DNA of 56,321 bases, filler included, from Sluysia triapertura (Eukaryota): assembly GCA_046118255.1 (NCBI GenBank). It is 4 parts of 4 records of this genome, joined end to end, with 100 filler letters (N's around TTAATTAATTAA, not from the genome) between each part and the next. Parts side by side here need not be neighbours in the genome. Positions count along the whole stretch, not along the records: positions 39,699 to 56,321 come from JBJNIA010199709.1; 3 more parts are not named here. The stretch is one strand, 5' to 3'. Positions 51,861 through 56,321 of this stretch are shown one piece after another (the first letter of the stretch is position 1; each line of letters opens with the position of its first letter). The position numbers and the translations under genes were made by a program. Below the pieces are notes generated by a model. The model searched no databases. It was not told the DNA's origin and saw only the letters and a program-made list of their open reading frames with translations.

Positions 51861-54261
51861 CAATGTTTTTTCTTTTTAGATTTATTAACACGCATTTTTA
51901 TCAATATATTAACTAAATCATCAATTACAAACGAATGAAATGATTTTAAAATTGTGAGTTTACGAAACTTTTGTGTTTTCAATTTTGCATCCATGTACAG
52001 TAAACTACCTTAAAATATCAACATTTTCTTTGTTACAGCGCAGACGAAGTTATTTGTTTAACGTGACTGATTTTATTAGAATTAGTCATAATTAATTAAT
52101 ATCTTATTTAGTTCATTGTTTATAATAAGTTTTTCAATTTTGATTAAAAATATCAGTAGATATAAACGCATATTGGGTTATACTTGTGAAAAATATAAAA
52201 AGAAATATTAGTGTGATAATCCTTGTTAAAAGCTTATACATGTTAGACTTAGACGTATCATGTTAGCACATGTATTAAAAATAATATGTGGAGTAAAAAT
52301 GCTTGTCATGCTACATAATCCTATGAAGTTTGATTTCTATGATTTGTAAATATTACTCAATAACAATCATTTAAATTTCGAGTACCATTGAACATATTTT
52401 GAATTATGAAAATTGCCTAATTGCTTAGCTATTTATTACAAGGTTCTTTTAAGTTTATAATTTCTCAAATGAGTTATCTCAAAATTATATTTTTCGTAAT
52501 AAACTTTATATTCTTTGATCATATTTGAGTTTACAAATTTAGTAACTTTCGTATCCAAAATGGTCACATAAATAACAAAAATAAAACTTTGATTTCCTAT
52601 TAGAATAATATATACACAGATGTTGAATGTACGCAAATCTAAATCATAAGAAAAGGTCTTATGAGAAAAATGGAAATGCAGTTTTTTCCAAAACACATTT
52701 CTTTGTAGATATATACAATCGACAATAAGCTTAAATCTCTTTGTAATAGGTGGATTTGAATAGGCATAGCTGCACACTTTAGTGTAATAAAATTGTGTTT
52801 ATATTCAACGCCAATCTTTTGTCATTCATTTATGAAATAATAATAATATGGTTCACTTATTCACAATAGAAGTTTAAGTACATCATAACCTTTATTTCAT
52901 TGATACTTCATTATCACCATTATTCCAAGTTAATTTAGAACATTGCAAAATTAGATTCATTGTTCTTCTGATGTTACAATTTATTCAAAAATCCTGCAAT
53001 TATTTAGATATTTTAGCCTTAGCACAAATATGAAATACATGGCCATTGTCGCTCTTACGGCGACACCAGTGTCTTTTCTTATGTTATCGCTTTAAAAGAA
53101 ACTGATGAATGTGTTTATCTTAACATGTTAACAAATATCATTTATTCTGATAGTAGAATAATGCCATTAGGCTGGATTAAAAGTTATTATTTGCGTAATT
53201 GAAGTTTTTGATTTGTCTAATTTTTAGATAATTGATTTAGACATTTATGTATCTTTTAACTCATAAGATAAGCTCAGACTTTTATCACTTAATTTTGTTC
53301 AAATGCTTTTTTAATAAGACTATATTATCTGAATGTATGTTTATATTTAAGGTCAGTGTAATAAAATTTTCTGAACAAATTTTGCACAATGTTTGGATTA
53401 AAAGCTCTCAAACCTTTTTCAGTTACATCCCATTACGCTTTCATCTACCAAAAAAAAGTATCAATTTGACTTATGAAATGACAAGATTTAAACCAACCAT
53501 ATAAATTAACACATTGATCTACTATATAAAAAGTCAGTAAGTCGAAACAGTTTTCATGAAACACATAACTAGAAAATAACTAGTGAAAAGTTGTCAAATG
53601 AATTTATTTAAATAACAAGTTGAAATTTGATTTTAAAAATGCGAAAAATAGAATTATTAGAATTATTAGAATTATTAATAAACAAACAATTCTTCAAGAT
53701 TTTCATAATGTCTCAAATTTAAATTATTATAATTTAGTCAATAAATCAGAAGCAACACCTAAAAGCCGCATCCATAGTGCCTTGTCCAGAGTTAGAAACT
53801 TCACCACTAGACGTCTTACACACACAGGTATGATTATTTTATTATTTTGCGATGTAATAATTTATTGAGAAATATTTCTCACAATAATCAATATATTTTT
53901 TAAGTTCCTCTTTATTGTGCCCAGTAGGATATCTTATCTTCACTAAGTTCAAAAACATTAACATTAAAATATGTAGGTGAAACTCTTTTCTGTTTCTATG
54001 ATCGGGTAACTTGTAACTTTTGGGAACTTCCATTTTATCTGATACTAGTCATGCCCCTAACCACCATTTTGCGCCTGTATACGGGAACAGCTTCCAAAAC
54101 TCTTCCTTTCTATTCGAATACTATCTCACTCGACTTTACTTTCCTTTTTTATCTCCATCTTATTAATAAAAAATTTGAACTTTTCTATGAGTTATCTAAT
54201 TTACTTAGACCTAATATTGAAAATCTTAACATTCCCTCGAAATATAAAATTACAGCACCCC

Positions 54262-54263
<2 letters not shown>

Positions 54264-54319
<56 letters not shown>
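54264..54319. repeat. Compound (AT)n(GT)n microsatellite
   Basis: Directly visible. Confidence 0.95.
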
Positions 54320-56321
54320 CTTTCACCTAATGTTCAATCTCGACCTAACAGTCCAATTTCCCCAGTTCGTAAATTATGACCATAAATTTATTGATAATGT
54401 TATTAATTGCCCTGTTCAGCATAAAGCTTATCCATGTACTAGACTCCTCTGCAGCCTTTGGACCCATTGTTCCTGGCTTAAACTTTGTCGAACATCCATG
54501 CCCTAATCCTGCTGCGTCTTCTGAAGTCAAACTTTCTCATCTTATACTTTATGTTCTTACTGCTGCAACTCCACACTCTTTTGAATTTTAAATATGATAT
54601 CTCACCTGAAGTAGGAACTGCTCTGCACTCTGATAACTATTCTGAGAGATTTCATTTGATTTTTGATCAACAAACCGTACCATTTACATTGATGCTAAGA
54701 TACTAAAACTTAAATCAGAAATCTAATCCCAAATTGGGTACTGCTTATTCAGATGATATTTCCGAGCCCGCTTACTTATTCGTTTTGAACTTTCATTTCC
54801 TTCCTGAATTATACTGTTTTTGTAATTAGGTCACGGAAGATCTTTAGCATGGTTCTCCAATAGTGTTCATCGATGATGTAAAGATTCAAATTGCTACGAA
54901 ACTCTCCACCGTTGTTAAACACTGATTTCTCATCTTCTCTGATAAATCACCGACTCAATCACGTACATTGTTGATGGTTGCTAGCAAACTTCTATTACTC
55001 GTTTAATAATCCTTTTTACTCTATTATTCCACCTCGAGCACTTACTTTATAAACTAATTCTTATGATCGTGGCTCCTTGGTTTGCAGATGCATCTAAAAA
55101 CTTTTGGACGACTCTCTCCGTACTGGTATATGTGCCACATCTGCTCTCTTAAATCTATACTTAAATCTATACCCGAAACGTTTAGTTGGTGCGGTTAGGA
55201 TTTCTTTGTTTCATATCATTTCTATTTTCAGCAAAAGGAAAAGTTGGCTTACTGCTTAGTTGATCATTGTGCAAATATTTAACAACATTATACGACACCT
55301 TTCTACTCACTCACATAGCCTTAAAGATGTCACTTTCTTTTGTTCTCACTACTTTATCATACTGATCTTATTTCCACACAACTGCTGGAAGATTTCGCTA
55401 TTACTCATTCGATTAATGATTAAGCTTTCTGATTGACTATCTCAGTAAGCAGTTTACGCCTTTCTCCGAGATCAATGCTGCCTATGTAACACCACAAAAG
55501 TTAAAAACCCTGTTTGTTCAATTTTCTTACTAGCTAGTAACATACTTTCCTTTTATAAATCCTTATCTCTTAGTTAAATGACCCAATGAAGAATAATACT
55601 CTGGCAGCAGAAGCATTAGATAATATTTATTGCTGACTGATTCACCAGTTCTTCATGCTTATATGATTCTCTTTGTCCTGAACTATCTACATAATGAACT
55701 ATTATGTATCAACTGCATAATGCATTTAATCCTCGAAGGTGATATTAGCTTGGAATGCTTTGAATGCTCTAACTTCTTAGTGTGAATTTTATATCTTTCA
55801 CTATGTTCGTCACGAAATTGGCGATATCTATAAAAACCTCCTGATGAAATAAAAAACTTTATGTTAAAAACCTCATTAACTTCAAAGATCCCGAAAGTAT
55901 CTATTTCCTTCGCCAAAAATTTGAATCCAAATTTGATGAGAAAATGTATCCAAGTAGGGATTTCCTCATTTCACACTTCTGTGCTTCTGATTATCCTTGC
56001 TTCACGAAGTCTGACTCACTACTAATTCAAAAATTGGCACAATATTTGAAACGTATATTTTATCTTCCGTACTTATCAAATCTTTCAGCGACTTATATTT
56101 ACTATTTTGATTTTTAAGTTCAATTGTAGCTTTTAATTCTTCACATAATTCATCATTTTTGACAACTACGTTTTGATTTCAGGTGTAATCAAACTAGAAT
56201 CATTGTCACTTTCAGATTTTATATGTAATGAAAATAAGATTATCGAAGTTTGCCTTTAAAATTAGACTCATCAATTGTCTTGTGAAACAGTGACGCTAAA
56301 GATATGCCAAAATATTCCACT

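Overview
This is eukaryotic, very AT-rich metazoan genomic DNA with GT-AG introns, long (AAT)n microsatellites and many decayed transposons. The composition is compatible with a planarian-type flatworm, but that is inference. The window is four pieces joined by three identical artificial 100-bp linkers (N44-TTAATTAATTAA-N44), so adjacency across linkers is not biological evidence. Two real spliced genes are partly present: the last four exons of protein phosphatase 5 (18814-23939) and ten phase-compatible exons of a divergent HECTD1 E3 ligase (27185-~37470; SUN-like, MIB/HERC2 and HECT N-lobe). The ORF track does not resolve three decayed host-gene copies: CUL3 (minus, with an intron remnant), DDX27/DRS1 (plus, head-to-head with CUL3) and UFL1 (frameshifted, just after the last HECTD1 exon). 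Mobile DNA includes a mariner with both TIRs, a piggyBac-type MITE, Tc1, pogo, hAT, Merlin, L2 and RTE relics, and a tRNA-derived SINE-like unit. The most unusual structure is a ~0.85-kb dispersed element (two full copies, one partial). It has an ~83-nt conserved block and three spaced ~35-bp palindromic motifs whose cores are homogenised within each copy. No prokaryotic system or true CRISPR array is supported.
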